Assembly (NCBI GenBank): GCA_963815115.1
Contig: CAWFFN010000008.1
Coordinates: 288,001-352,000 of the forward strand
Direction: 5' to 3'
Length of the DNA: 64,000 nucleotides
Source of the DNA: an uncultured delta proteobacterium
Lineage (GTDB): Bacteria > Desulfobacterota > Binatia > DP-6
Within the stretch, counting starts at the first letter, position 1. Each line of letters starts with the position of its first letter. The notes beneath the pieces were generated by a model. That model made no database searches. It was not told the DNA's origin and saw nothing but the letters and a program-made list of their open reading frames with translations. A program made the position numbers and the translations under genes. Positions 1 to 10,060 of the stretch are shown here, piece by piece.

Positions 1-646
1 CCGAGAGCGGCAGGGTCTTGCCGAGGTCGGTGAAGAGCGAGGAGAACTTGGGCAGCACGTAGGTAAGGAGGACCAGGATGGAAGCGCCCATGGCGCCGGT
101 GAGCACCACCGGATAGGCCAGCGCGGCGCGCGCCTCGTCGCGCACCGCCTGGGAGCGCTCGAGGTACTCGAGGAGCCGGAGCAGGACGGCGTCGAGGAAG
201 CCGCCCACCTCGCCGGCGCGCACCATGTTCACGTAGATCGACGGGAAGAAGCGGTGCTTCGCGAGGGCCTCGGCGAACGACTTGCCGCCGCGCACCGCCT
301 GCAGCACGTCGCCGAGGATGGCCTTCAGCTCCGGCTTGTCGGCCAGCTCGACGAGCGTCGCCAGGCTGCGGTCGAGCGGCAGACCCGCGGTGAGGAGAGC
401 CGACAGCTCCTGGGTGATGACCAGCAGATCCCGGTTGTTGGGCTTGCGGCGAATCACCGGCATGCTCGGGAGCGCGAGCCGCGATTCCTTCGCCTTGGCC
501 TTTCCCTCGCCGGCAGCGCCCACGCGAAGCGGGATGAGCCCGCGATCCTGCAGGCGCGCCACGACCGCTGCGGCCTCGGCCGCCTCGATCGTCCCCTCGA
601 CGACCTTCCCTTCGGGATCAGCCGCGCGGTACTGGAATTGGGCCAA
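1..646 (-). CDS. gspF: Type II secretion/T4P inner-membrane platform protein GspF/PilC family (3' end runs off window)
   Basis: Manual translation from TTG at 646 (GGAG SD upstream): MAQFQYRAADPEGKVVEGTIEA...TQELSALLTAGLPLDRSL...YVNMVRAGEVGG...ALAYP; lies downstream of gspE. Confidence 0.88.
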   Translation of the reverse strand, partial: MAQFQYRAADPEGKVVEGTIEAAEAAAVVARLQDRGLIPLRVGAAGEGKAKAKESRLALPSMPVIRRKPNNRDLLVITQELSALLTAGLPLDRSLATLVELADKPELKAILGDVLQAVRGGKSFAEALAKHRFFPSIYVNMVRAGEVGGFLDAVLLRLLEYLERSQAVRDEARAALAYPVVLTGAMGASILVLLTYVLPKFSSLFTDLGKTLPLS

Positions 647-716
647 CGGCAGTCTCCAGGTCCCGCCCCCGCAACACTGCAACCCGGAGCGTAACTGGCG
701 GGAAAACCTTCGCAAA

Positions 717-745
717 TCTATACGCGAACGCAGGCCGGCCTGCAA
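717..745 (-). promoter_or_regulatory. Putative sigma70 promoter for gspF (TTGCAG-N17-TATAGA)
   Basis: Hexamers with 17-nt spacer in the intergenic gap upstream of gspF. Confidence 0.45.
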
Positions 746-804
746 TCGCGCGGGGCCCGGCATGGATGCGCACGACCGGTTAGACTGCGCGCCGCGGGCC
801 TTCT

Positions 805-2190
805 TCAACCGGCGATGCGCACCCGTCCATCCATGTCCGCAGCCGGCGCGACGCCGAGGAGGGTGAGGATCGTCGGCGCGAGATCGACGATGTCGAGACC
901 GTCCGTCGGGACGCCGGGACGGTTCACGTAGAACAGCGAATCGGCGTAGGTGTGCATGCCGGTGAGCGCGCTGCGCCCGAACACCTCGCGGCGCGCCATG
1001 GCCCCCTTCGGGTCGTAGCCATCGTTGAAGTGCACCACCAGGTCGGGCGCCGAATCGAGGCAGGGGCCGTGGTAGAGCTCGTCGCGCGCGAACACGCGCG
1101 GCACGGGGCAGCCGTCCGACGGCGCGCCGGGGGTCGGGTCGCGCAGCGCGAGCAGCCCGGCGCGCACGCGGGCGATGAGTTCCTCCGCCTCCGCTTCACC
1201 CACCGTGCCGAGCGGATAGCGGCCCTGGCGATGCAGGTAGACGCGCCCGGGATCGAGGATGAAGACCTTCGTCGACGGATCCATGTCGGCGGGGCCCTTC
1301 GGCGTGTCGCTGGTGAAGCGCAGGAGCCCCTGCTCGCGGAGCCACGCGTTGGGATAGAACTCGCTGTGAATCAGCGTGTGGCCGTGGTCGGCCACCACGA
1401 AGAGCGGGATCTCCGCCGGCAGGGCCGCGACCAGCTCGCCGACCACGTCGTCCAGCCGACGGTAGAAGTCCAGGAAGCGCTCGTGATGGGGCGCCGCCGG
1501 ATCGGTGTACTGGCTCCAGAAGTAGTGGTGCAGGCGATCGCATTCCGTGACGACCCCGATGAAGAGATCCCAGGGCTCCTCCCGCACCAGCCGCAGGTAG
1601 ACGCGGCGCCGGGCCTCCAGCGTGGCAGCGAGATCGGTGAAGAAGTGGTCCGGCCGCTGATCGGCGTTGACGTAGTCGACGTCGATCCGGTAGCCGTCCG
1701 CCTTGAGCCGCGGCAGCAGCGCGGCGGGCCACACGGCGCGCTCGAGATTGACGGCGACGAAGCCCGACACCAGCAGTCCGTTGAGCTCGCGCGCCGGATA
1801 GGTGTTCGGGATGTTGAGCACGATGCAGCGCTTGCCCGCGCGGCCCGCGACGTCCCACAGCGTGTCGCCGCGCACGTTGCCGAAGTTGGGGAAGAACATG
1901 CTCAGCGTGCCGGGCTTCAGGTCGGTGAAGCCGTAGACGCCGTGCTTGCCCGGGTTCTTCCCGGTCATGAAGCCGGTCCAGGAGACGCTCGAGATGGTCG
2001 GGATCGACGACCGCATGGGGGCGGCCGTGCCGGACGCGAGCAGCCGGCCGAGGTTCGGGGTGATGCCGCGAGCGATCAGGTCCACCACCAGGGGCAGCCC
2101 GACCCCGTCGAGCCCCAGCACCGCCACCTTCCCCGGGCGCTCCTCCGCCCGGGCGCCACCGCCGCGGCGCAGCCGGTCGAGCCATCCCAC
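805..2190 (-). CDS. Alkaline-phosphatase superfamily protein (type I phosphodiesterase/nucleotide pyrophosphatase family)
   Basis: Motifs VLGLDG, PTISSVSWTGFMTGKNPGKHG, DRLHH, ADHG, TGMH, DIVDLAPTIL. Confidence 0.85.
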   Translation of the reverse strand: MGWLDRLRRGGGARAEERPGKVAVLGLDGVGLPLVVDLIARGITPNLGRLLASGTAAPMRSSIPTISSVSWTGFMTGKNPGKHGVYGFTDLKPGTLSMFFPNFGNVRGDTLWDVAGRAGKRCIVLNIPNTYPARELNGLLVSGFVAVNLERAVWPAALLPRLKADGYRIDVDYVNADQRPDHFFTDLAATLEARRRVYLRLVREEPWDLFIGVVTECDRLHHYFWSQYTDPAAPHHERFLDFYRRLDDVVGELVAALPAEIPLFVVADHGHTLIHSEFYPNAWLREQGLLRFTSDTPKGPADMDPSTKVFILDPGRVYLHRQGRYPLGTVGEAEAEELIARVRAGLLALRDPTPGAPSDGCPVPRVFARDELYHGPCLDSAPDLVVHFNDGYDPKGAMARREVFGRSALTGMHTYADSLFYVNRPGVPTDGLDIVDLAPTILTLLGVAPAADMDGRVRIAG

Positions 2191-2193
2191 CCG

Positions 2194-3891
2194 CTACATC
2201 TCTTCCTGCGAGACGCGAACGACCTCGGCGACCGTCGTGACGCCGTTGCGCACGTTGCGCCAGCCGTCCTCGCGCAGCGGGCGCATCCCCTGCTTCACCG
2301 CCGCCTCCTTGATCAGGCCCGACGAGGCGCGCTCGAGGATCAGCCCCTTGACGGCGTCGGTCACGGGCAGCAACTCGTACAGGCCCGAGCGGCCGCGGTA
2401 GCCCGTCTGCGCGCACTCCTCGCAGCCGCGACCCTCGACGGCGTTGACCTGCTCGTACCCGCCCCCGCCGATCTCCCGCAGCACCTCGACGCCGAGCTCG
2501 ACGGGCTGCGCGCAGCGGCGGCACACGCGGCGCACGAGCCGCTGCGCGAGGACGCCCAGCAGCGCCGAGGCGAGCAGGTAGTTCTCGACCCCCATCTCGA
2601 GGAGGCGCGACACGGCTCCGGCGGCGTCGTTCGTGTGCAGGGTCGAGAACACCAGGTGGCCGGTGAGCGCCGCCTGGATGGCGATCTCGGCCGTCTCCGC
2701 GTCGCGGATCTCACCGACCATGATGACGTCGGGGTCCTGGCGGACGATGGAGCGCAACCCGCTCGCGAAGGTCAGGCCGATCGACGGCTTCACGTGGATC
2801 TGGTTCACGCCGAAGAGCTGGTACTCGACCGGATCCTCGATGGTGATGATCTTCTTGTCGGGCGAGTTGATCTTGTCGAGCGCGCCGTAGAGGGTCGTCG
2901 TCTTGCCGCTGCCGGTGGGCCCGGTCACCAGGATCATGCCGTAGGGCCGCTGGATGAGCTGGCTGAAGTCGGCGAGGGTGTCCTCGGGGAAGCCCAGCGA
3001 TTCGAGATTCACCACGATGCTCGAGCGGTCGAGGATGCGGAGCACGACGCTCTCGCCGTGCAGGGTCGGCAGGGTGGAGACGCGGAGGTCGATCTCCTTG
3101 CCCATCATGCGCAGCTTGATGCGACCGTCCTGGGGCAGGCGGCGCTCGGCGATGTCGAGCTTCGCCATGATCTTGATGCGCGACACGATCGCCGCCATCA
3201 GGCGGCGCGGGGGCGTCTCGACGTCGTGCAGCACGCCGTCGATGCGGTAGCGAACCTTCATCTCGCTCTCGAACGGCTCGACGTGGATGTCGGAGGCGCG
3301 CTGCTCGACCGCCCGGTTGATGATGAGGTTGACCATGCGGATGACCGGCGCCTCGCTGGCCAGATCGCGCAGGTGGTCGACGTCCTCCTCGTCATCGGAG
3401 AGGAACTCGAGGTCGCTTTCTCCTCCCTCCCCGCTCCCGTTCTTGCCCTCTCCGGCCCCGTTGCCGTACGCCGTCTCGAGCGCTTCCAGCACGTCGCGCT
3501 CGCGCGCCAGGCACGGCTCGATCTCGAGTCCCGTCGCGACCTGGAGGCCCTGGAGGGCGTAGTAGTCTCCCGGGTCGGCCATGGCGACCGTGAGGGTGCC
3601 GTTCTGCTGGCTCAACGGGAGCACCTTGGCTCGCCGCAGGTACTTCAGGTTGAGGTTGCCGAGCGGAACCGGCTCGGTCGGGAAGTCGCGCCGCGCCATC
3701 ACCGGAACGCCGAGGTACGCCGCCAGGAGCGGCTGCAGATCCTCCTCGGAGATGAACCCGAGGTCGAGCAGCAGGCGCTCGAGCCGCTCCCCGCGCTCCT
3801 GCTGCAGGCGCCGCACCTTGCGCAGATCATCGGGGCTGATGCGCCCCTGGTCGAGCAAGAGCTGTTCGAGGGTGCGATTGCCAAGCTCCAT
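2194..3891 (-). CDS. gspE: Type II secretion ATPase GspE
   Basis: N-terminal MshEN-like domain, ASDIHVEP, Walker A GPTGSGKTT, TIEDPVEY, RQDPDVIMVGEIRD, tetracysteine CxxC..CxxC. Confidence 0.92.
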   Translation of the reverse strand: MELGNRTLEQLLLDQGRISPDDLRKVRRLQQERGERLERLLLDLGFISEEDLQPLLAAYLGVPVMARRDFPTEPVPLGNLNLKYLRRAKVLPLSQQNGTLTVAMADPGDYYALQGLQVATGLEIEPCLARERDVLEALETAYGNGAGEGKNGSGEGGESDLEFLSDDEEDVDHLRDLASEAPVIRMVNLIINRAVEQRASDIHVEPFESEMKVRYRIDGVLHDVETPPRRLMAAIVSRIKIMAKLDIAERRLPQDGRIKLRMMGKEIDLRVSTLPTLHGESVVLRILDRSSIVVNLESLGFPEDTLADFSQLIQRPYGMILVTGPTGSGKTTTLYGALDKINSPDKKIITIEDPVEYQLFGVNQIHVKPSIGLTFASGLRSIVRQDPDVIMVGEIRDAETAEIAIQAALTGHLVFSTLHTNDAAGAVSRLLEMGVENYLLASALLGVLAQRLVRRVCRRCAQPVELGVEVLREIGGGGYEQVNAVEGRGCEECAQTGYRGRSGLYELLPVTDAVKGLILERASSGLIKEAAVKQGMRPLREDGWRNVRNGVTTVAEVVRVSQEEM

Positions 3892-3903
3892 GGACGACAG
3901 GAA

Positions 3904-3932
3904 AGGATACCTGCGGGCCCTCCGACCGGCAA
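3904..3932 (-). promoter_or_regulatory. Putative sigma70 promoter for gspE (TTGCCG-N17-TATCCT)
   Basis: Hexamers with 17-nt spacer, ending 12 nt upstream of the gspE ATG. Confidence 0.45.
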
Positions 3933-3945
3933 GCGAGCGGGCCTG

Positions 3946-4893
3946 TCAAGCCTGCCGCCGACGCCAGTCGTCGAGCACGCTCGCCAGGGTGTCGAGGAGC
4001 GCGATGCGGGGCTTCCAGCCGGTGTCACTCGACGCGCGCGCGTGGTCCCCGACCAGACGCTCGACGTCCTGCGCCCGGCGCCTGGCCGGATCGCTCCGGG
4101 CGCGTAGCGCTACCCGTGCCAGCGAGCGCAGCAGCGCGATCAACTCGGCCACGCTCACGCCCTCGCCGGTGCACAGGTTGTAGACCGTGCCACCGCGGCC
4201 CCGCTCGAGCAGCGCCACGTAGCCGGCCGCGACGTCGCGCACGTCCGAGAGGTCGCGAACCGGGTCCACGTTGCCCACGGTGAGGACGGGAGGCTGTCGG
4301 CCGGCCTCGATCGCCGCCACCTGGCTGGCGAGGGCGGCGCAGACGTAGGCCGGCGACTGCCCGGGACCGGTGTGGTTGAACGGCCGGGCGACGACGATCT
4401 CCAGGGCGTGCGCCCTGCCCCACTGGAGGGCGGCGATCTCTGCCGCCGCCTTGCTGGCGCCATACACCGTGAGCGGGCGAAGCGGGTTCTCCTCGGTCAC
4501 GGGCAGCTCGCGCGCCTCGACCGCACCATAGACGCTGCTGGAGCTGACGACGAGCACGCGCGCCCGCTTGGACGCCGCCCGCACGGCGGCGAGCAGGGCG
4601 AGCGTGCCGCCGAGGTTCGTGCGATAGGTCGCCTCGGGATCGCGCTCCGCCGCCGCCGGCTCCGCCACCGCCGCCAGGTGGACGATGCCCTCGGGGGCCA
4701 CGTCGGCAACCAGGCGGGCGAGGCCGGCGGCGTCCCGGACGTCGCCAGCGTGGAACTCGAGCGGTGCCCCGGCGAGCCGCGCGGGCTCGGGCGGGTGCCG
4801 CGCGAGGCCGTGGACCTCGTGACCGTGCTGGGCGAGCACGCGCGCGACGACGGGCCCGGCGAACCCCGACACCCCCGTCACCAGGACTCGCAT
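3946..4893 (-). CDS. rmd: NAD-dependent SDR, probable GDP-4-keto-6-deoxy-D-mannose reductase (Rmd-like)
   Basis: MRVLVTGVSGFAG, YGASK, RPFNHTGPGQ, RDLSDVRDV; adjacent to gmd; start trimmed to ATG 4893. Confidence 0.72.
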   Translation of the reverse strand: MRVLVTGVSGFAGPVVARVLAQHGHEVHGLARHPPEPARLAGAPLEFHAGDVRDAAGLARLVADVAPEGIVHLAAVAEPAAAERDPEATYRTNLGGTLALLAAVRAASKRARVLVVSSSSVYGAVEARELPVTEENPLRPLTVYGASKAAAEIAALQWGRAHALEIVVARPFNHTGPGQSPAYVCAALASQVAAIEAGRQPPVLTVGNVDPVRDLSDVRDVAAGYVALLERGRGGTVYNLCTGEGVSVAELIALLRSLARVALRARSDPARRRAQDVERLVGDHARASSDTGWKPRIALLDTLASVLDDWRRRQA

Positions 4894-4897
4894 CGGC

Positions 4898-6932
<2,035 letters not shown>

Positions 6933-6938
6933 CCCGCT

Positions 6939-6944
6939 ATGCTA
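6939..6944 (-). promoter_or_regulatory. Possible -10 box (TAGCAT) giving a leaderless rfbB transcript
   Basis: TAGCAT-AGCGGG-ATG: hexamer at -12..-7 relative to the ATG; no SD. Confidence 0.35.
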
Positions 6945-6985
6945 GCCCACCGACACGCCCGGAGCCCAGCACCCGGCAGCCGCCG

Positions 6986-9900
6986 TCAGAAGTAGCTTCC
7001 CCCGAGGGCCGGCGGGCGCCGCAGCCCGAGCGCCTGGAGCGGAGCGAAGCCGACGTAGTTCCCCACCGGCCCCTCGCCGAACGAGCCGAGCCCGAGGAGG
7101 GTGATCTGGAAGCGGTAGAGCGTCTCGCCGGTGTCGAAGCGGTCGCTCACCCCGAACTCGGCCGCCCAGCAGTTGCAGCGCGAGATCAGCCGCAGGAGGT
7201 AGTCGCGCTCGATGAAATGCGGGCCGACGTTCTCGAAGCGGCCGTTCTGCTTCACCAGCTGGCCGCCGTTCAGGTCGTAGCGCGACACGAAGGTGAAGCC
7301 GGCGTAGTCGCCGAACCGGATGTAGACGTAGGCGTCGGTCTCCTCGAGGCCTCCGTTGGCGAACAGTCGGGACTGGGGCGTGCCCGCCGGGATGCCGAGC
7401 TCGTTCACGTTCTCGTCCACCTTCCGGTAGGAGACGCCGATCGTGGTCGGTGACTGGAACGGGTTCCCCTTGGGCGGGACGTAGTTCGGCTCGCGCAGCA
7501 CCATGGCGTAGCTCTGCGCGGCCAGCCTGCCCTGGATCGGGTCGATCGAGCTGGCGTACGACAACGCGAGGTAGTCGATCGGCGTCAGGCGCAGCCCGAG
7601 GTCGAGGTTGGCGAAGTGGCTCGGCGGGCTGATCTCGCGCGACACGTCCCAGCCGCTGGTGACGCTCCCTCGCAGCAGCTCGCGCGACGGCGTGGCGGCA
7701 GGAAGCGACAGCGGCGCCGGAGGCCCCACGAAGCTCGGGATCTGGTGGCGGCGGCGGGGTGTCGCTCGCCACCTTGCCACGCCCCAGCAGCCGCGTCGTG
7801 ATGCCGTAGGAGAAGAAGTTGCGGTGCTCGATGGCGTCGAGGCCGTCGAAGAGATAGCCGCGGCTGAACAGCGTACCCTTGCAGTAGACGCCGTAGTTCG
7901 GGTTGGAGCTTGATGCAATTGCCGTGCTTGTCGAACGCGAGGCAGGCCGGACACCCCGGATCGTCGGGCAGCGTGTCGGGCAGGGCTCTGCTGGCCCAGC
8001 TGCTCGTTGGTCGCGGGCACGTAGAGGTAGCGCAGCTCGGGCTCGAGGGAGTGGCGAAGCTTCTCGAGCCCGAAGTGCTCGAAGGTGAAGACGCGCGACA
8101 GCTCGGTGCCCAGCACGCCGCGGACCTCCGCCACGCCGCGCGTGTGCGAGGCATCCAGGGCCGGCAGGCCGCGCGTGGCGCGGAAGGTCGTCGCGACGTT
8201 CGGATCGTTGGGAACCACCAGCGCGATCTGGCGCTGGTCGGCGAGCTGGTAGAGGGTGCCGTGGAGCTGCCCGGTGAGGGAGCCGTGCACGAAGCGCCCG
8301 GCGTTGAACGGCACGAACAGCTCCGGCGCGACGTCGCCCCGGAAGCCGTCGAAGCCCTCGTTGCGCTGGAAGTCGATGGCCTCGCCGCCGAGACGGCCGA
8401 CGGCCAGCCCGCCGAGGAGCGGGATCGACTGCTCGGCGCGCAGCCGCGGCGCGCGCTGCGGCGTGAGCTCCTGGGGGTCTTCCAGGTCCTGGTAGTAGTT
8501 GGCCTCGCCCTGCACCAGGCCGCCGTTCCAGGTCTTGATGACACCTGTCGCCGAGCTCGTGTACGTGGTGCTCCGGATCAGCCGCAGGTCGTTGCCGAGG
8601 TTGCTCGAGAAGTTGGTGATCTCCTTCAGCAGGGTCGTGTCGCTCACCGCGAACACGTCGAGGTAGAACTGGCTGTCGGCGACGAACGGCGAGCGGTGCT
8701 GCCCGAGCGCCAGCCAGCGGTTCTCGGGCGGGGTCTGCAAGATGCCCTGGGACGACAGCACCTGGTCCGCCTTCGCGGAGCGGATCGCCTCGTTCCAGTA
8801 GCCGCCACCGAAGGTGCCACGGAAGTCGTGCGAGAGCGCGTAGCGGTACTCGCCGATCAACCCGAGTCGCGCCGCGGTCTCGATGTCGAGCGCGACCGTC
8901 GCGTCCATGCTCTTGTTGATCGACCAGAAGAACGGCTGCTCGTACTGGAATCCGCGCCGGTTCGAGTAGCCGAAGCGCGGCAAGAGGAACCCGGTCTGAC
9001 GATCCCGGTTGGCGGGGAACGCGAAGATGGGCAGCCAGAGCACCGGGACGTCCTTGATCCGCAGGGTGGCGCCGCGCGAGACGCCAAGGCCGTTCAGCGC
9101 GACGTCGGTGCGGTTGCTCCCGATGCTCCAGGAGGGACGCTCGAGCCCGCCGCAGTGGCAGGTCGTGAAGACCCCGTTCTCGATGTGGTAGCTCGGACCG
9201 ACCCCCTTGGTCATCTTGGTCGCGTCCAGGCTGTAGTTGCTGCTCGAGAACGTGCCGTCGACGCGCTCCATCCAGCCCGACTCGTCGTTCATGTCGATTG
9301 ACGCCGCGTCGCCCTTCACGTCCGCATCGGGATCGGAGATCACGACGTGCCCGTTGGCTTCCGCCATGCCGGTGAGGCGATGGTAGCGCACCTCGTCGGC
9401 CTGGAGGGTGACGAAGCCGCGCGTCACGGTGACGCTGCCGCGCGCGATCGTGGTGTCGGTCTCCTGGTCGTAGGTGAGCTCCTCGGCATCGATCTGGATC
9501 TGCTGGACGTCCCCTTCGCCACGCTCGCCCACCTGGATCTTCGGCGCCCGCATCCTGCCGGTCGGCCCGATGGTCGCCGTCGCCGTCGGTGCGGGCTGGC
9601 GCCCGCGGAGCGTGACCAGGACGTCGCCGAGGGCCGAGGGGCGCGCCACGGCGTAGGTGACGGGCTGGCGTACGAAGATGACGACGCTGGTTCCCGTCGC
9701 CTCCGGGAGCACGCGCACGGTGCTGACGAGGGGGTCGGCGATCTCGATCGCCGCCGGCTTGGAGGTGTCGAGACCGCGCAGGAAGAGCGTGATCTCGTCC
9801 TGGAACGTCTCGCCGGTGCTGGCCGGACCCTGGCCGGCCGCCGTCGGCTTCGCGCCGACCGTGCGGTCCTCCACCACCGTGTCGGGTCGGGCGCGCACCG

Positions 9901-10048
9901 AGACCGACGTCGTGGGCTGTGGCGGCGGGGTCGACACCACGCGCACCTCCGCCGGCATCGCCTCGGCGGCGCACGCGAGCCGGCACCCGAACACCACGGC
10001 GCCAAGGACGGCGACCACCCCACCTCGTGCCCCCGGCCGGGCCGTCAT
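6986..10048 (-). CDS. lptD: LPS-assembly protein LptD with N-terminal AMIN-like extension; three compensating +1 indels at ~7984, ~7905 and ~7738
   Basis: OstA-like region (IDAEELTYDQE, FTTCHC..PSW, RQTGFLLPRFGYS), beta-barrel, C-terminal CNCW. The conserved FDGLDAIEHRNFFSYGITTRL segment is in another frame between the indels. Confidence 0.88.
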   Translation of the reverse strand: MTARPGARGGVVAVLGAVVFGCRLACAAEAMPAEVRVVSTPPPQPTTSVSVRARPDTVVEDRTVGAKPTAAGQGPASTGETFQDEITLFLRGLDTSKPAAIEIADPLVSTVRVLPEATGTSVVIFVRQPVTYAVARPSALGDVLVTLRGRQPAPTATATIGPTGRMRAPKIQVGERGEGDVQQIQIDAEELTYDQETDTTIARGSVTVTRGFVTLQADEVRYHRLTGMAEANGHVVISDPDADVKGDAASIDMNDESGWMERVDGTFSSSNYSLDATKMTKGVGPSYHIENGVFTTCHCGGLERPSWSIGSNRTDVALNGLGVSRGATLRIKDVPVLWLPIFAFPANRDRQTGFLLPRFGYSNRRGFQYEQPFFWSINKSMDATVALDIETAARLGLIGEYRYALSHDFRGTFGGGYWNEAIRSAKADQVLSSQGILQTPPENRWLALGQHRSPFVADSQFYLDVFAVSDTTLLKEITNFSSNLGNDLRLIRSTTYTSSATGVIKTWNGGLVQGEANYYQDLEDPQELTPQRAPRLRAEQSIPLLGGLAVGRLGGEAIDFQRNEGFDGFRGDVAPELFVPFNAGRFVHGSLTGQLHGTLYQLADQRQIALVVPNDPNVATTFRATRGLPALDASHTRGVAEVRGVLGTELSRVFTFEHFGLEKLRHSLEPELRYLYVPATNEQLGQQSPARHAARRSGVSGLPRVRQARQLHQAPTRTTASTARVRCSAAAISSTASTPSSTATSSPTASRRGCWGVARWRATPRRRHQIPSFVGPPAPLSLPAATPSRELLRGSVTSGWDVSREISPPSHFANLDLGLRLTPIDYLALSYASSIDPIQGRLAAQSYAMVLREPNYVPPKGNPFQSPTTIGVSYRKVDENVNELGIPAGTPQSRLFANGGLEETDAYVYIRFGDYAGFTFVSRYDLNGGQLVKQNGRFENVGPHFIERDYLLRLISRCNCWAAEFGVSDRFDTGETLYRFQITLLGLGSFGEGPVGNYVGFAPLQALGLRRPPALGGSYF

Positions 10049-10060
10049 CGCGGCGGTTCT

